Source: a virus | IMG/VR virus record: IMGVR_UViG_3300020193_000004 | Location: 51,145-115,144 of that record | Strand: one strand, 5' to 3' | DNA length: 64,000 bases | In this document: in pieces, positions 27,576 through 37,584 of the stretch | Position numbering within the stretch: position 1 is the stretch's first letter | Layout: each line of letters begins with the position of its first letter | Program-made: the position numbers and the translations under genes | The notes under the pieces: model-generated | Databases searched by the model: none | What the model was told of the DNA's origin: nothing | The model's input: the letters and a program-made list of their open reading frames with translations, nothing else

Positions 27576-30500
27576 TTAGCTCTCGAGCCTCCGATCGATC
27601 GCCGCGCTCGGCACGAAGATGTCAGGGCGCGGGGTGTCCAGCATCGACACGCAGGTGAGGAACAGCAGCGCGTGGAAGGAGTCGTCGGTGTTGTTCGACG
27701 ACTTCTTGTACTGCGTCATGTGCATGTGCTCGTTGTACTCGGAGAAGATCGAGAGCATGTCGGCGGCGTAGGGAGCTGCAAAGTCCTTCCAGGCGGGGAA
27801 CTTGTAGACGGTGCCGCGCTTGATGGCGTTGAAGATCGCAGACATCACTTCCGAGCGGTGGATGATGTAGCGGCCCAGTTGCGAGTCCCACTTCATGAAG
27901 ACGCTGGGGGTCGAGTACTGGAAGCGGACGATACGCTGCGAGCCGTACTTCCGCAGGAGCTCGTCGTTGGGGTGGAGCCCGCCGCCGTAGTCGACTCCAA
28001 CACGAGCGAGCTGGAAGGTGTCGATGAGGCGACAGATCTTGTCCATCTGCACGCGGATGTCGGTGTCTGCTCCGATGAAGCGGTACGCGTAGATGACGCG
28101 GAACCGCCCCTGGTAGTAGCCGCCGATCTTCATGACGGTGTGGGACTTCGTGCTGTCCTGCCCCCAGTCGATCCCGCCGTAGAGTGGGATGCCGTTCAGC
28201 TTCTCCCGCCAGAGCTTCACGATCTCCGGGAGGAGGCGCATCTGCTCGTCGCAGTTGATCTGGATGTCGGCCGCCGTCAACGGGCGCTGGCCGCTGTCGT
28301 ACGAGAGCCCGAGGCACTCGTTGAAGAACATGGCGCGCGGGTAGTCGTTGTACTTGGTGTACAGGTCCTTCCAGTCGATCCACGGCACCATCAGCTGCGG
28401 GATGCGGTAGCCCTCGTACACACTGAGCGTGGGGTCGGGAGAGCCCGTGCGAACCCACTGCGCGAGCGGGTGTGCCGGGTCGATCGGACCGCCGCACTTG
28501 TCGCAGATGAGCCCCAGCTTGCCGATGTTCAACTCGCCGAGGATGTTCCAGTGCCAGGACCCGGGGTCCTTCGGCGTGCCGTGGCGCTCGCAGGGGACGC
28601 CCCACTCGTTCTGCGTGGAGAAGTTCGACCAGTAGTGCTCGATGGGGTTGTCGTTGGACTTCGGCGTCCCCGAGTAGATGAAGTACCTGTATGGGGAGTG
28701 GGAGGCGGCCTCCTCGATGACGGGGATGTTCTCGAGGAGGATGTCCTGGATCTCGTCGAGGGCAACCAGGTCCGCGCGCAGCCCGCGGCACCGGTCCGCG
28801 TTGAGGAAGGCGTACCGGAGCGTCACCGTGCTGCGATTGATGGCCTTCTTCTCGAAGACGTTGTCGGTGAGGTGGATGGGGAACCACTTCCGCAGGTCGG
28901 GCGAGGTCTCCAGGGTCTCGCGGATGCGTGTCTTCGAGAACTCCTGCGTCTGCTGCGCGGAGGGCGAGACATAGAGCGTTCGGAAGTGCGGGATGAGGCA
29001 GCTGCTCGCGAGGATCCGGTTCCCGAGCGTTGTGCTGTTGTGCGTGACGATCGCGCCGGCGACACAGTTGTGGTGGTCCGCGACGGTCAGGTCGTAGCAC
29101 CACTGCTCGCCGAGGTCCTCGACGGCCTGGACCTCGTCCCAGTACACGTCGGAGTCGAGGTGGGCCTCGAGCAGGTCCACGTGGGCCTGGTCATATCGCT
29201 CGTCACCGCGGAAGAACTCGACAAACTGCGCGAGCTTGTCCTTCGTGAGGCAGTACTCGTCAGGGGGCAGACGGGCGATGCCACATGACCGAAGGGTGCG
29301 GTCTCCCTTCCTCGGCTGCACCGCCGCGTAGACCTCCCGGACGAGCTGCGTGACCTCGGGTGGGTACGTGTCGGTGTTCGAGTTCGACTCCCATGGTTCG
29401 AGCTCTTGGCACTCGATCTTGTCCAGCGCGCCGATCTCGCGTACGAAGGCGCGGATGCCCTCCTGCGTCTCCACACGCAGGATGTACGCGAGCTTCTTCT
29501 CCCCGCGCTTCTTGTAGATGTTCGGCCAGTTCTCGCGGATGCACGAGGGGATACCGAACTTGTGCAGCAGCGACTGCACCTGCAGGACGAGCCTCTGCGA
29601 CATCGAGCAGTACTCGATGGACCACTTCGTCGCGTGGTTCATCTTCACATGGCCGTCGGTCGACCACAGGCGGTTCAGGAAGAGCGCAGTCTGCTCGCGG
29701 GAGAGCTGAAAGACCCAGTCCGGGACGAACTTCGTGTACGAACTCGTGCCGAGGAGGCCGTCCTCGTCGAACCAGTCGTAGAGCTTCTGAGCGCTGTAGC
29801 GGGGGAGCTGAAAGTCGACGGCCCTGGAGCGAGGGTCGTCCTGGAACGTATAGCTCATGCCCTCGTCGCAAAGAGCGCGGTCGAAGTCGTCGAGCACGGC
29901 GTACGAGGCGTTCGTGAAGCGGAGGGCCTTGGCGGCGCAGGAACCGTCCCCGATCATGAACGCCGTCAGCCTCACGCGGGACTCGGGTTGCGGCTCGGCG
30001 AGGAAGACGCCGGCCTGGCGCACGACTGCGATGCGGTCGCCCACACGGACGTCGCTGGCGTCCCGCCAACCGGCCCACACGCGCACGGGGTGCGTGGTCG
30101 CCATCTCGGATGCGTGGCCCTGGCGCGTGCGCACGCGGACGCAGGGCTTCTGATAGCGCCTGGACTTCCACGTGACCTCAGATGTTGTCGTACGGTGACC
30201 ATACCCACGTTCGACGCCGGGCTCCGCCTCGTCCGTCTTGAGGCACACGAGCTCATCACCGAGTTCGACGTCCTTGACCTGCTTGAAGGTCCCATCAGCG
30301 CTTCGTAGAAAGGTAGTTTCTACCCAACTTTTCTCGACCTGCCGCGCACACTTCAACAGGATCCGTTTGTGCGGCGTGTCGTAGATCCGACGGAGGTAGG
30401 GACGTTCCGAGAAGTCGAAGCTCCTGAGGGACTTCGTCTCCGCGTCCGGCATCATGACCGACGTCTCGACGAACTGCGAGGGCGAGACCGCGAGGAGGGA

Positions 30501-30662
30501 GCGCGCCTCCTTCAGTGCCTCGCTGAACTCCCAGTCCGCCGCGTCAGGGGTCGGAGGCTCGTAGTCCCAGGGCTCCGCGTAGTCCAGGAGCGTCGTGTCC
30601 TCGCACTCCTGCTTGACGAGGCGGAAGACGTCGAGGGGATCCTGACGATCTGAAAGATTCAC
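27576..30662 (-). CDS. terL: Terminase large subunit (GpA-like) interrupted by an intein
   Basis: RQVEK/STT Walker A once spliced; RGLRADLVALDE Walker B; SGTP; Cys pairs; GIDWG nuclease motif; DDSFHA. Confidence 0.9.
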   Translation of the reverse strand: MNLSDRQDPLDVFRLVKQECEDTTLLDYAEPWDYEPPTPDAADWEFSEALKEARSLLAVSPSQFVETSVMMPDAETKSLRSFDFSERPYLRRIYDTPHKRILLKCARQVEKSWVETTFLRSADGTFKQVKDVELGDELVCLKTDEAEPGVERGYGHRTTTSEVTWKSRRYQKPCVRVRTRQGHASEMATTHPVRVWAGWRDASDVRVGDRIAVVRQAGVFLAEPQPESRVRLTAFMIGDGSCAAKALRFTNASYAVLDDFDRALCDEGMSYTFQDDPRSRAVDFQLPRYSAQKLYDWFDEDGLLGTSSYTKFVPDWVFQLSREQTALFLNRLWSTDGHVKMNHATKWSIEYCSMSQRLVLQVQSLLHKFGIPSCIRENWPNIYKKRGEKKLAYILRVETQEGIRAFVREIGALDKIECQELEPWESNSNTDTYPPEVTQLVREVYAAVQPRKGDRTLRSCGIARLPPDEYCLTKDKLAQFVEFFRGDERYDQAHVDLLEAHLDSDVYWDEVQAVEDLGEQWCYDLTVADHHNCVAGAIVTHNSTTLGNRILASSCLIPHFRTLYVSPSAQQTQEFSKTRIRETLETSPDLRKWFPIHLTDNVFEKKAINRSTVTLRYAFLNADRCRGLRADLVALDEIQDILLENIPVIEEAASHSPYRYFIYSGTPKSNDNPIEHYWSNFSTQNEWGVPCERHGTPKDPGSWHWNILGELNIGKLGLICDKCGGPIDPAHPLAQWVRTGSPDPTLSVYEGYRIPQLMVPWIDWKDLYTKYNDYPRAMFFNECLGLSYDSGQRPLTAADIQINCDEQMRLLPEIVKLWREKLNGIPLYGGIDWGQDSTKSHTVMKIGGYYQGRFRVIYAYRFIGADTDIRVQMDKICRLIDTFQLARVGVDYGGGLHPNDELLRKYGSQRIVRFQYSTPSVFMKWDSQLGRYIIHRSEVMSAIFNAIKRGTVYKFPAWKDFAAPYAADMLSIFSEYNEHMHMTQYKKSSNNTDDSFHALLFLTCVSMLDTPRPDIFVPSAAIDRRLES
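29037..30329 (-). mobile_element. Intein (431 aa) with LAGLIDADG endonuclease
   Basis: Begins SWVETTFLRSADG; block B TTHP; FMIGDGS and LWSTDGH; ends CYDLTV..HHN...IVTHN followed by S. Confidence 0.9.
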
Positions 30663-30672
30663 GTTGCCTCGC

Positions 30673-30678
30673 CATAAG
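30673..30678 (+). promoter_or_regulatory. CATAAG candidate promoter element
   Basis: Divergent intergenic gap; GAAA 17 nt upstream. Confidence 0.45.
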
Positions 30679-30727
30679 ACCCTTGCTGGCGAAACACGCC
30701 AGTTCTACCACCAAGAGGCTCCCTACC

Positions 30728-31522
30728 ATGAAATCCGTCTTCACGCTCGCCCTCGAGGGCCGTCGTCTCCCCGAACACACGGAGGAGGTGAACGGCCAGC
30801 CGGTCCTCATCCCGGCACACTGGACCATCCTTGCCGTGTTCGGCGGGGTCGATCCCCGCGGTGTCGTGCGGATGTGGTCCACGGATACGGGGCTCGTCCA
30901 CCGCGGCGAGAACCCGGAGGGGCTGCGCCCGCTCTTTCACGAGGCGGCGCGCGCGTTCCCGCTCGACGGGCGCGACCTGCGTGTGCAGGGCCGCTACGTC
31001 TGCGGCAGGCTGCGCGGTGCCGGCGGTGAACTCCGCGACTACCACCTGTGGGTGCCTCCGAAGGACATCTTCAGCGACGGGTACGACGTGGTCGAGGTGA
31101 CGGGAACCGTCGTGGGACTCGGCATCGGGCTCGAGACGCGCAAGGACACCCGGGACGTCGAGGGAAACCGGGCGGTCTTCCTCGCCCCGTACTACGCCAC
31201 GCTGGTCTACGAGGAGTTCGAGGACGGGCGGAAGGTGCCCATCGTCGTGCCCGTGCGCTGGATGGCTCCGTGGGACGAGAAGACGCGGCTTGTGGAGGAC
31301 GACGAGCCGCTGACGGTGTTCCTCCCCAAGATCGTGCGGCGCATGCAGGACCGGGCGAGGATCGGCTCGTCGCTGACCGTGCACGTCCGGAAGGACCCCA
31401 CGCCGCACTACTACCTGGAAGGGATCGTGGCCCCCGACACGATCATGGGCGCCGCGGTCAAAGGCGCCGGACTCGACAACCGGGCCTTCCCTGAGGCGCC
31501 GCTGAAGGTCGGTACGGCGTGA
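30728..31522 (+). CDS. Hypothetical protein
   Basis: Start MKSVFTL with GAGG RBS; strong GC3 bias. Confidence 0.65.
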   Translation: MKSVFTLALEGRRLPEHTEEVNGQPVLIPAHWTILAVFGGVDPRGVVRMWSTDTGLVHRGENPEGLRPLFHEAARAFPLDGRDLRVQGRYVCGRLRGAGGELRDYHLWVPPKDIFSDGYDVVEVTGTVVGLGIGLETRKDTRDVEGNRAVFLAPYYATLVYEEFEDGRKVPIVVPVRWMAPWDEKTRLVEDDEPLTVFLPKIVRRMQDRARIGSSLTVHVRKDPTPHYYLEGIVAPDTIMGAAVKGAGLDNRAFPEAPLKVGTA

Positions 31523-31896
31523 CCGAGCTGCCGGCATCGCTGCGCTGGGTACCCCTGTTCGCCGCCTCGGCGAACAGAGCCCTGGATGGTGACATCCTCG
31601 ACGCCAAGATCAGTCAGCGAACCGACCCTCTCCAGTGGGTTCTGGTCCTCACCACGAGCTTCCAGTGGACCGCCATGACCTCGAAAGTCATGCGCGGTCT
31701 GCTGGAGGCCTGGTGCGCAGCGAACGACGCGGTGCTCGACCGCGCGGGTATCGGTACCCCTGCGACGACATGGTCTGCACTCATACTCATCAAGGGGCTG
31801 GGCCCCGAGAAGACGATCAACCCCTACGAGGAGGACAGCGATGCAGCTCGCAACGCGGCCCGTCGACTCCATCAGCGACCCAAGATTCGCCGCTGA
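31519..31896 (+). CDS. Hypothetical protein
   Basis: GTGA-coupled ORF. Confidence 0.55.
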   Translation: MTELPASLRWVPLFAASANRALDGDILDAKISQRTDPLQWVLVLTTSFQWTAMTSKVMRGLLEAWCAANDAVLDRAGIGTPATTWSALILIKGLGPEKTINPYEEDSDAARNAARRLHQRPKIRR

Positions 31897-31897
31897 G

Positions 31898-32029
31898 ATG
31901 GCCCACGCCAGGCAGGTCTGGCTTCAGACGCTCGAGTGGCGGCGCATCGAGGCGCACGTAAGCACACCGCCGATGCGCATCGTACGCGTCGGGGACGAGC
32001 TCCTCCTACCGGGTGATCTCCCCAGATGA
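31898..32029 (+). CDS. Small hypothetical protein
   Basis: MAHARQVW...; fills the gap and is ATGA-coupled to the next ORF. Confidence 0.4.
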   Translation: MAHARQVWLQTLEWRRIEAHVSTPPMRIVRVGDELLLPGDLPR

Positions 32030-32211
32030 AGGACTCCCACAACGACAGCGAGGCTCACCTGCGTGATCTGATCGCGAAGCTCGCGCCAGCAGATCGCGAG
32101 GCTGTTCGCGCGGACTTGACCAAGTGGCATGGCCTCCTCTGGTCATTGCTCCTCGGCACGTCGGAGCAGGATACCGAGCAGGCGCGACAGCGTCTGCTGA
32201 GGCTCCTGTGA
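32026..32211 (+). CDS. Small hypothetical protein
   Basis: Coupled on both sides. Confidence 0.5.
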   Translation: MKDSHNDSEAHLRDLIAKLAPADREAVRADLTKWHGLLWSLLLGTSEQDTEQARQRLLRLL

Positions 32212-32831
32212 GGTACGCCGGCGTGGACGAGGTCGGGTACGGGGCCCTGGCAGGGCCCCTGGTCTCCGTGGCGGTGGCGGTCGACGTTGACCTGTCGTTC
32301 GAGCGACTCCGCCGTTGGTGGCCTGTCGACCGCGTGCGGGACTCGAAGAAGACCACGCCGGCGCAGCGCGCGGAGATCATGTCCAGGCTGATGCCCTGGC
32401 TGGTCGAGCAGCACGCGTCGGTGGGGATCGGAGAGATCCCGCCGTCGACGATCGACCAGTACGGGTACAGCAAGGCGCTGCTCTGGTCGAAGCAGGACGC
32501 ACTGAAGGTGCTGACCGCGGAGGCTCCCGTGGACCTGCTGATCGTCGACGGGTCCGTCGGCGTCGGCGACCTCCCCGGTGTACGGGAGTGCCGCGTCATC
32601 CCGCAGGCAGACGCCGATTACTGGGTCGTGTCGGCAGCGTCGATCATCGCGAAGGTCTACCGGGACGCGCTCATGCGCGACCTGGCCAGCGAGTACCCGC
32701 AGTACGACTGGACGAACAACATGGGGTACGCCGGCGGAGGGAAGCTGACGAGCGTGCACATCGCAGCCCTGCGGAAGCACGGGCTCACCGTGCACCACCG
32801 GAAGCAGGCATGCAGGACCGCCCTCTCGTAG
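32208..32831 (+). CDS. rnhB: Ribonuclease HII
   Basis: GVDEVGYGALAGP, DSKK, IVDG, ADA....SAASIIAKVYRD, NMGY; start GTG 32208. Confidence 0.9.
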   Translation: MRYAGVDEVGYGALAGPLVSVAVAVDVDLSFERLRRWWPVDRVRDSKKTTPAQRAEIMSRLMPWLVEQHASVGIGEIPPSTIDQYGYSKALLWSKQDALKVLTAEAPVDLLIVDGSVGVGDLPGVRECRVIPQADADYWVVSAASIIAKVYRDALMRDLASEYPQYDWTNNMGYAGGGKLTSVHIAALRKHGLTVHHRKQACRTALS

Positions 32832-32849
32832 GAGGCGGTCCTCTTAGCC

Positions 32850-33254
32850 CTATCGGGCGAGCCAGCTCACGAAGTAGAGGCTGTTCGCACCGATTGCGAT
32901 GCGGTTCGCCGCGGTCGCGGTGCCGTCTCCTTCGTACCGCCCTTCCCAGTCGATCTCGAAGGTGTCGCCGCTGAGGATGGTGAACGACCCCTTGTTGAGG
33001 ATGTTCAGAGTGGTGTTGCCGCCTGAGGCGGTGACGCGGATGCGGTGGAGGCGTGCACCGTCAGCGAGGTCGACGTTGGCCGCTCCTGCACCGGCTGCGA
33101 TGCCGGTCGGGTCCGCGTCGTCGTACATGATGTCGATGTGGCCAGACTGGTTCGACCCACCGAAGATCGTGATGTCCTCGGGACCCATGTCGTTCGCGAC
33201 CAGCCAGGTGGATAGCGCGTGCGCGTGGGGGAACGTGTTGGTACGGATGGCCAT
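32850..33254 (-). CDS. Hypothetical protein, possibly virion-associated
   Basis: AGGAG RBS; beta-rich composition. Confidence 0.6.
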   Translation of the reverse strand: MAIRTNTFPHAHALSTWLVANDMGPEDITIFGGSNQSGHIDIMYDDADPTGIAAGAGAANVDLADGARLHRIRVTASGGNTTLNILNKGSFTILSGDTFEIDWEGRYEGDGTATAANRIAIGANSLYFVSWLAR

Positions 33255-33263
33255 GAAGAGCTC

Positions 33264-33680
33264 CTACAGGTCAGCGAGCGCCTGGTTGACGAAGCGAGCG
33301 AACCCGGCGACGTGATGTTCCTTGTCGTAGCTGATCATCCCTGTCAGGTCGCGAGCTATCAGCCCCCAGCTCGAGAGCTCGGAGATGTACGAGGCCGAGA
33401 AGCGATCGAGGCCCCCAAAGTAGATCATGACCATGTCTGTGAGTAAGGCGCGCCCGTCCCCCACGTCCCTGGGCCACTTCTTCTTGGGGAAGATCTGGAA
33501 GACCACGTCGCCGTTCTCGCGGAAGACGACGGTGATGTCGCAGAACTTCCCCTCGAACTCCTCCCGCGGCTCGATCGCGAACTGCGTGCGGTTGAACGAC
33601 TCGAGACCCCGCTCGAACTGGCCGAGGAGGCGTGCACGATCCTTGTCGGTGAACGAGATGTCGGCGGTCTGGGGGGTCAT
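33264..33680 (-). CDS. Hypothetical protein
   Basis: Coupled ORF with core codon usage. Confidence 0.65.
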   Translation of the reverse strand: MTPQTADISFTDKDRARLLGQFERGLESFNRTQFAIEPREEFEGKFCDITVVFRENGDVVFQIFPKKKWPRDVGDGRALLTDMVMIYFGGLDRFSASYISELSSWGLIARDLTGMISYDKEHHVAGFARFVNQALADL

Positions 33681-34555
33681 GCAGTCTCCTTGGCAGTAAT
33701 CTGCGCCACCTGGCGCCCCCTATCACTGATCGTGCCGGTGGGAGCAAGGTCACGCATCGACGGCACCTCGCCGGGTGCCGAGACAAGACGGAAGCGCTCG
33801 AACTTCCGGAGCACGTCGGCCAGCGCGGTGTCGCCTGCCTCGAGGCGCTCCTCGATCCGCACGACGCTGCGCGAGATGTTCGACAGCATCTCCACCTTCT
33901 TGTCCGAGAGAGGCAGCGCACGCACCTCCTGGAAGGTGAAGTAGAGCTCGCGGTGCATCTCCTCGAGCGTCTTGCGCCGGTCGATCTCGACGCGGATGCC
34001 CGTGCGGTAGAGCGCGAACTGCGGGCCCGAGATGCGCGCCGCGTCGTACTGCTCCTGCAGGTCGCGCGTGCGGCCGCGGTTGTCGCTGCGGTAGTAGTGC
34101 GCCCAGTCGCCCGCACCCATGATCTCGGTGTTCCAGAAGTAGTGCCGGAAGTCCGCGACCGCCGACTCGTTCACCCGGTAGCCCAGCTCCTGCAGGCGGA
34201 AGGCTACCTCCTGGTGCGGCACGTTGCCGATGAGCAGGCGCTCCACGGCCTCCCGCAGGCGCCGGTGGGCCACGATGGCCATCATCTCGGTGGTCGCCGC
34301 GTCCTGGTGCAGGACCGAGTAGATCTTCCGCTGGCGGAGCCACCGAGACGACGGCAGATGGGTCGCGTCCCACGGGCGGAAGTCGATCGGCTGCTCGCGC
34401 ACGCTCGCGATCGCCTCCTCGACCTGCGCGTCGTCCAGCTCCGCCACCCCGTAGCGCCCAAGTGCCGGATTCAACTCCTCGCGGGGGTTGTCGAGCACCA
34501 GCACCAGGTACCTGGCGTAGTAGGTTGCGGGGTGGACGAAGACGTTGTTGGTCAT
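33677..34555 (-). CDS. Hypothetical helical protein
   Basis: Core codon usage; function unassigned. Confidence 0.65.
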   Translation of the reverse strand: MTNNVFVHPATYYARYLVLVLDNPREELNPALGRYGVAELDDAQVEEAIASVREQPIDFRPWDATHLPSSRWLRQRKIYSVLHQDAATTEMMAIVAHRRLREAVERLLIGNVPHQEVAFRLQELGYRVNESAVADFRHYFWNTEIMGAGDWAHYYRSDNRGRTRDLQEQYDAARISGPQFALYRTGIRVEIDRRKTLEEMHRELYFTFQEVRALPLSDKKVEMLSNISRSVVRIEERLEAGDTALADVLRKFERFRLVSAPGEVPSMRDLAPTGTISDRGRQVAQITAKETA

Positions 34556-34585
34556 GGCTACTTCCTGTACACACGCCCGGCAGGA

Positions 34586-34783
34586 TCACGCAAGCGCGCG
34601 GCCCAGCGCAATGCCTCCCACGCCCGAGATCCCGCCGATCCCGGCCCCCGTGAGGGCGCCGCGGAGGCGGTGCCCCTTCTCCTCCGTGGCGGCCCCGTAC
34701 GCGGCACCGGCGAGTGCACCGAGTCCGCCGAAGGTGGCGGCCGCGCGCACCGGGTTCACTCCCGCACTGGCGGTCTTGAACAT
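34586..34783 (-). CDS. 65-aa glycine-zipper peptide with MFKTAS leader
   Basis: GAGGAGG RBS; MFKTASAGVNPVRAAATFGGLGALAGAAYGAATEEKGHRLRGALTGAGIGGISGVGGIALG. Confidence 0.7.
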   Translation of the reverse strand: MFKTASAGVNPVRAAATFGGLGALAGAAYGAATEEKGHRLRGALTGAGIGGISGVGGIALGRALA

Positions 34784-34794
34784 GGTGAACCTCC

Positions 34795-37584
34795 TCAGAG
34801 TTTGTAGGTCTTGAGCCCCTTGAGCCCGGTGATGACCTCCTCGAGGGACGTCATCGCGCGGACCGCGGCGGTCTTGGGGATGGACTGCAGGCCGAGCTGG
34901 GTAGCGAAGACCAAGCTGGCGAGCTTGCTCTGGGTCTCCTCGAGCTCGGGGATCGCGTTGACGAAGTCCTGTACGTTCTCGGCGTTGATGAAGCCGAGGG
35001 AGAGCAGGGTGTCGAGCGAGTCGACGCCGGCCAGGGCCTTCGCCTCCTTGTACAGCTCGATGGCCATGGCCTCCTTGAGGAGGCACACCGGCTTGGGCAC
35101 CGGCCCCCTGGTAGTGGCGATGTCCGCCACCGCGTCGGCGAAGGCCTCCTTCACGATGGCCGGGTCGGGCGACAGGGTGCGCAGGCCGTAGATACGTACA
35201 GGCTCCCCGGTCATGGCCGCCTTCTCCATCAGGGCGACGGAGAGGTTCTGGGGCACACCCGCGGCCGCGAGGTAGAAGATCGCGTCCGGCACGCCGTAGT
35301 CGCCCGAGCCGACCTTCTCGAAGACGGGGCCGGTGAGCTTCGCGCCCTGGAGCCCGCCGTAGCCGTCGGTCCAGGCGCGGATGACCGCGGAGCTGGAGAA
35401 GGAAGCAATCTTGGCGGGCATCATCGGATCGGCGCCTGCGCCCATCAGCTCGACCTGCCCGTTCAGGGGCATCCAGACGTAGTCGGCCGGCATCGCGATC
35501 TCGGTGGGGCTGGTCGCGATCGGGCGGCGGATGCCGTCGCTCGGGGTGATCTGGACCTCCATCCCCTCCATCGTCTGCGCGGCGTAGTAGCGCACGCCCT
35601 CGACGCTCACCGCGGTCATCACCGTGAACGGGATGGTGGCGATGATGCCCTTGCCGTCGGTCTTGTAGAAGACGCCGAGGCCGCGGGGTTCGGACTGCCC
35701 GCCAGGCAGGTTGTAGCTGACGCCCACCAGCACGCCGGCGATGTCCGGCTGCAGGGCGAAGGCGCTGCCGTTGGTGAAGAGCTTGGTCGGCGTCGTCTGC
35801 CCGGTGCGCGGGTCGAAGAGCGTCGGGATGACGTAGCCGACGAGCTCGTTGCCGGTGCTGGCCTCGTGGACCTTGTAGGTACCGAAGCCCTCGACGGGCT
35901 GCACCTGCTCCTCGAGGGGGTCGGGCTCCGCCTCGACACCGGTCATCGTGGCCACGCCCTGCTGGTCGGCGGTCTGGAGGGCCTCGGGCGGGAGGGTCTG
36001 CTGGGCCTGCGCCTGCGACATCTCCTGCTGCTGGGGCTGCACGCCATCCGGCGCCGCGGCCCACTTCACCAGGTAGCCGAACTCGGTGGGGCGCACCTGC
36101 ACGACGTCGAACCGGCCACGCGACGCGAGCTTCGTCGCGCCCTGGACGGTCATGCGGGTGCCTACGCCCTTCGAGGCGATCTTGTTCAGCGCGGCCATGG
36201 TCGAGGGGCAGATGGGCAGGAGGTCAGCGACCGCCGCGTCCTTGTACATCTCCTCGAAGACGGCGAAGTCGCTCGCGCGGACGGTGCCGGCGATCTTGGT
36301 CGAGAGGTTCACGGAGCTCTCCTTGACGATGAAGTCTCGAATGTGGCCGGCTGCACGACGGAACGGAGACAGTACGCGGTCACGTGCAGCACCGACCTCC
36401 GACTTCGCCGCGCTCATACCACCTGCGACCGCGGCATGTCCTGCCTCCTGCGCCAAGGGAGTCACGTGAGGTGCCACTGCGGCAACCGCGGCGTCTGCCA
36501 TGTTCTTCCCGACTTCTCGGGAGAGGGGGGCGATGTGCGGGGCCAGCGCCTTAACCGTGGCGTTGGCGTACTCGTCTCCGACCATCCTGGCGCGGGTCTT
36601 GATGAAGTCGTCCAGGTGCCCGAGAGCGGCAGGTGCGTAGTGGGCTGCTGCGCCGGCGCCGAGACCAAGCACGCCACCCTTCGCGGCACCGACGAGTGCA
36701 CGGTGACGCGCGAGCTGGTTGCCGAGTTCCTTGCTGCGATCGGCGTCCTCCTTCTTCATGAGGCCGCGCTGGACAAGGTCGTCCATCCCCATGCGCCCGA
36801 CGTGCTGGCGCTCACGCTCCTTGAGGTACGCCCCGATGCCCCCGAGCGTGGAGCCCCCGAGACTGGTGAGCGCGATGGTGCCGGCGGAGGCCTCCTTCTG
36901 CCGCTCCGAGTACGCATGGGGCATGTGGCCGATCACGGACTTGTGGTGCCAGTCCGGACCGTGCTGCTGCTCCAACGCACGCTGAAGAGGGCCCCAGGAC
37001 CCAACGCTGTCTCCGCCGCAGTAGGCTGCGCGCATCGCGGCTTGTCCGTGCATCCAGTTCATGTAGTGCCTGTCCAGCTCGGCGCTGTGCTGCTGCAGAA
37101 ACGCCTTCTCTTCGGCCGAGCCTTCCGCGTGCCGCATCAACTGCTGCTGCAACGGGTTGTACTTCTTCTCCTTCACTTCCCACACGGGGTGCAGATCCTT
37201 GGCGAACTGCTTGGCGTCGACCATGAACCGGTGCGGACGGATGTTGCGGACGTAGGGGCGTACCTGATCTTCCGGAATGCCCGAGGCGGCTGAGACCTGG
37301 GCCACGTAGGCGGAGGGGGCCTCGCTCTCCATGAGCTTCCTGGTAAGAAAGCTACCGATCCCGGCGTGCTTGTCCACCTCCGCAGAGGCCTCCTTCCCGA
37401 TGTCTGGGAAGCGGGCGTGGACGGCGTCCTGGACCTGCTTCTTCTCCGCGGGTGTGCCGTGTTGCGCGACGCGGGCGAGCGCGTTGCGGGCATGAGCAAG
37501 ATCGTGCACGGGGTACTTCCTCTTCTCGGGGAGGGCGAACGCCCCATCTGAGAGGCTATTCCGCTGTTGCGTTGTCAGATCCAT
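34795..37584 (-). CDS. Large modular head protein: DUF6582-like N-terminus, KxA-bounded inserts, core-like C-terminal part
   Basis: LSDGAFALPEKRKYPVHDLAHARNALARV; KEAS, KHAG, KEAS, KIAG, KDAA, KIAS, KLAS, KTAA. Confidence 0.75.
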   Translation of the reverse strand: MDLTTQQRNSLSDGAFALPEKRKYPVHDLAHARNALARVAQHGTPAEKKQVQDAVHARFPDIGKEASAEVDKHAGIGSFLTRKLMESEAPSAYVAQVSAASGIPEDQVRPYVRNIRPHRFMVDAKQFAKDLHPVWEVKEKKYNPLQQQLMRHAEGSAEEKAFLQQHSAELDRHYMNWMHGQAAMRAAYCGGDSVGSWGPLQRALEQQHGPDWHHKSVIGHMPHAYSERQKEASAGTIALTSLGGSTLGGIGAYLKERERQHVGRMGMDDLVQRGLMKKEDADRSKELGNQLARHRALVGAAKGGVLGLGAGAAAHYAPAALGHLDDFIKTRARMVGDEYANATVKALAPHIAPLSREVGKNMADAAVAAVAPHVTPLAQEAGHAAVAGGMSAAKSEVGAARDRVLSPFRRAAGHIRDFIVKESSVNLSTKIAGTVRASDFAVFEEMYKDAAVADLLPICPSTMAALNKIASKGVGTRMTVQGATKLASRGRFDVVQVRPTEFGYLVKWAAAPDGVQPQQQEMSQAQAQQTLPPEALQTADQQGVATMTGVEAEPDPLEEQVQPVEGFGTYKVHEASTGNELVGYVIPTLFDPRTGQTTPTKLFTNGSAFALQPDIAGVLVGVSYNLPGGQSEPRGLGVFYKTDGKGIIATIPFTVMTAVSVEGVRYYAAQTMEGMEVQITPSDGIRRPIATSPTEIAMPADYVWMPLNGQVELMGAGADPMMPAKIASFSSSAVIRAWTDGYGGLQGAKLTGPVFEKVGSGDYGVPDAIFYLAAAGVPQNLSVALMEKAAMTGEPVRIYGLRTLSPDPAIVKEAFADAVADIATTRGPVPKPVCLLKEAMAIELYKEAKALAGVDSLDTLLSLGFINAENVQDFVNAIPELEETQSKLASLVFATQLGLQSIPKTAAVRAMTSLEEVITGLKGLKTYKL

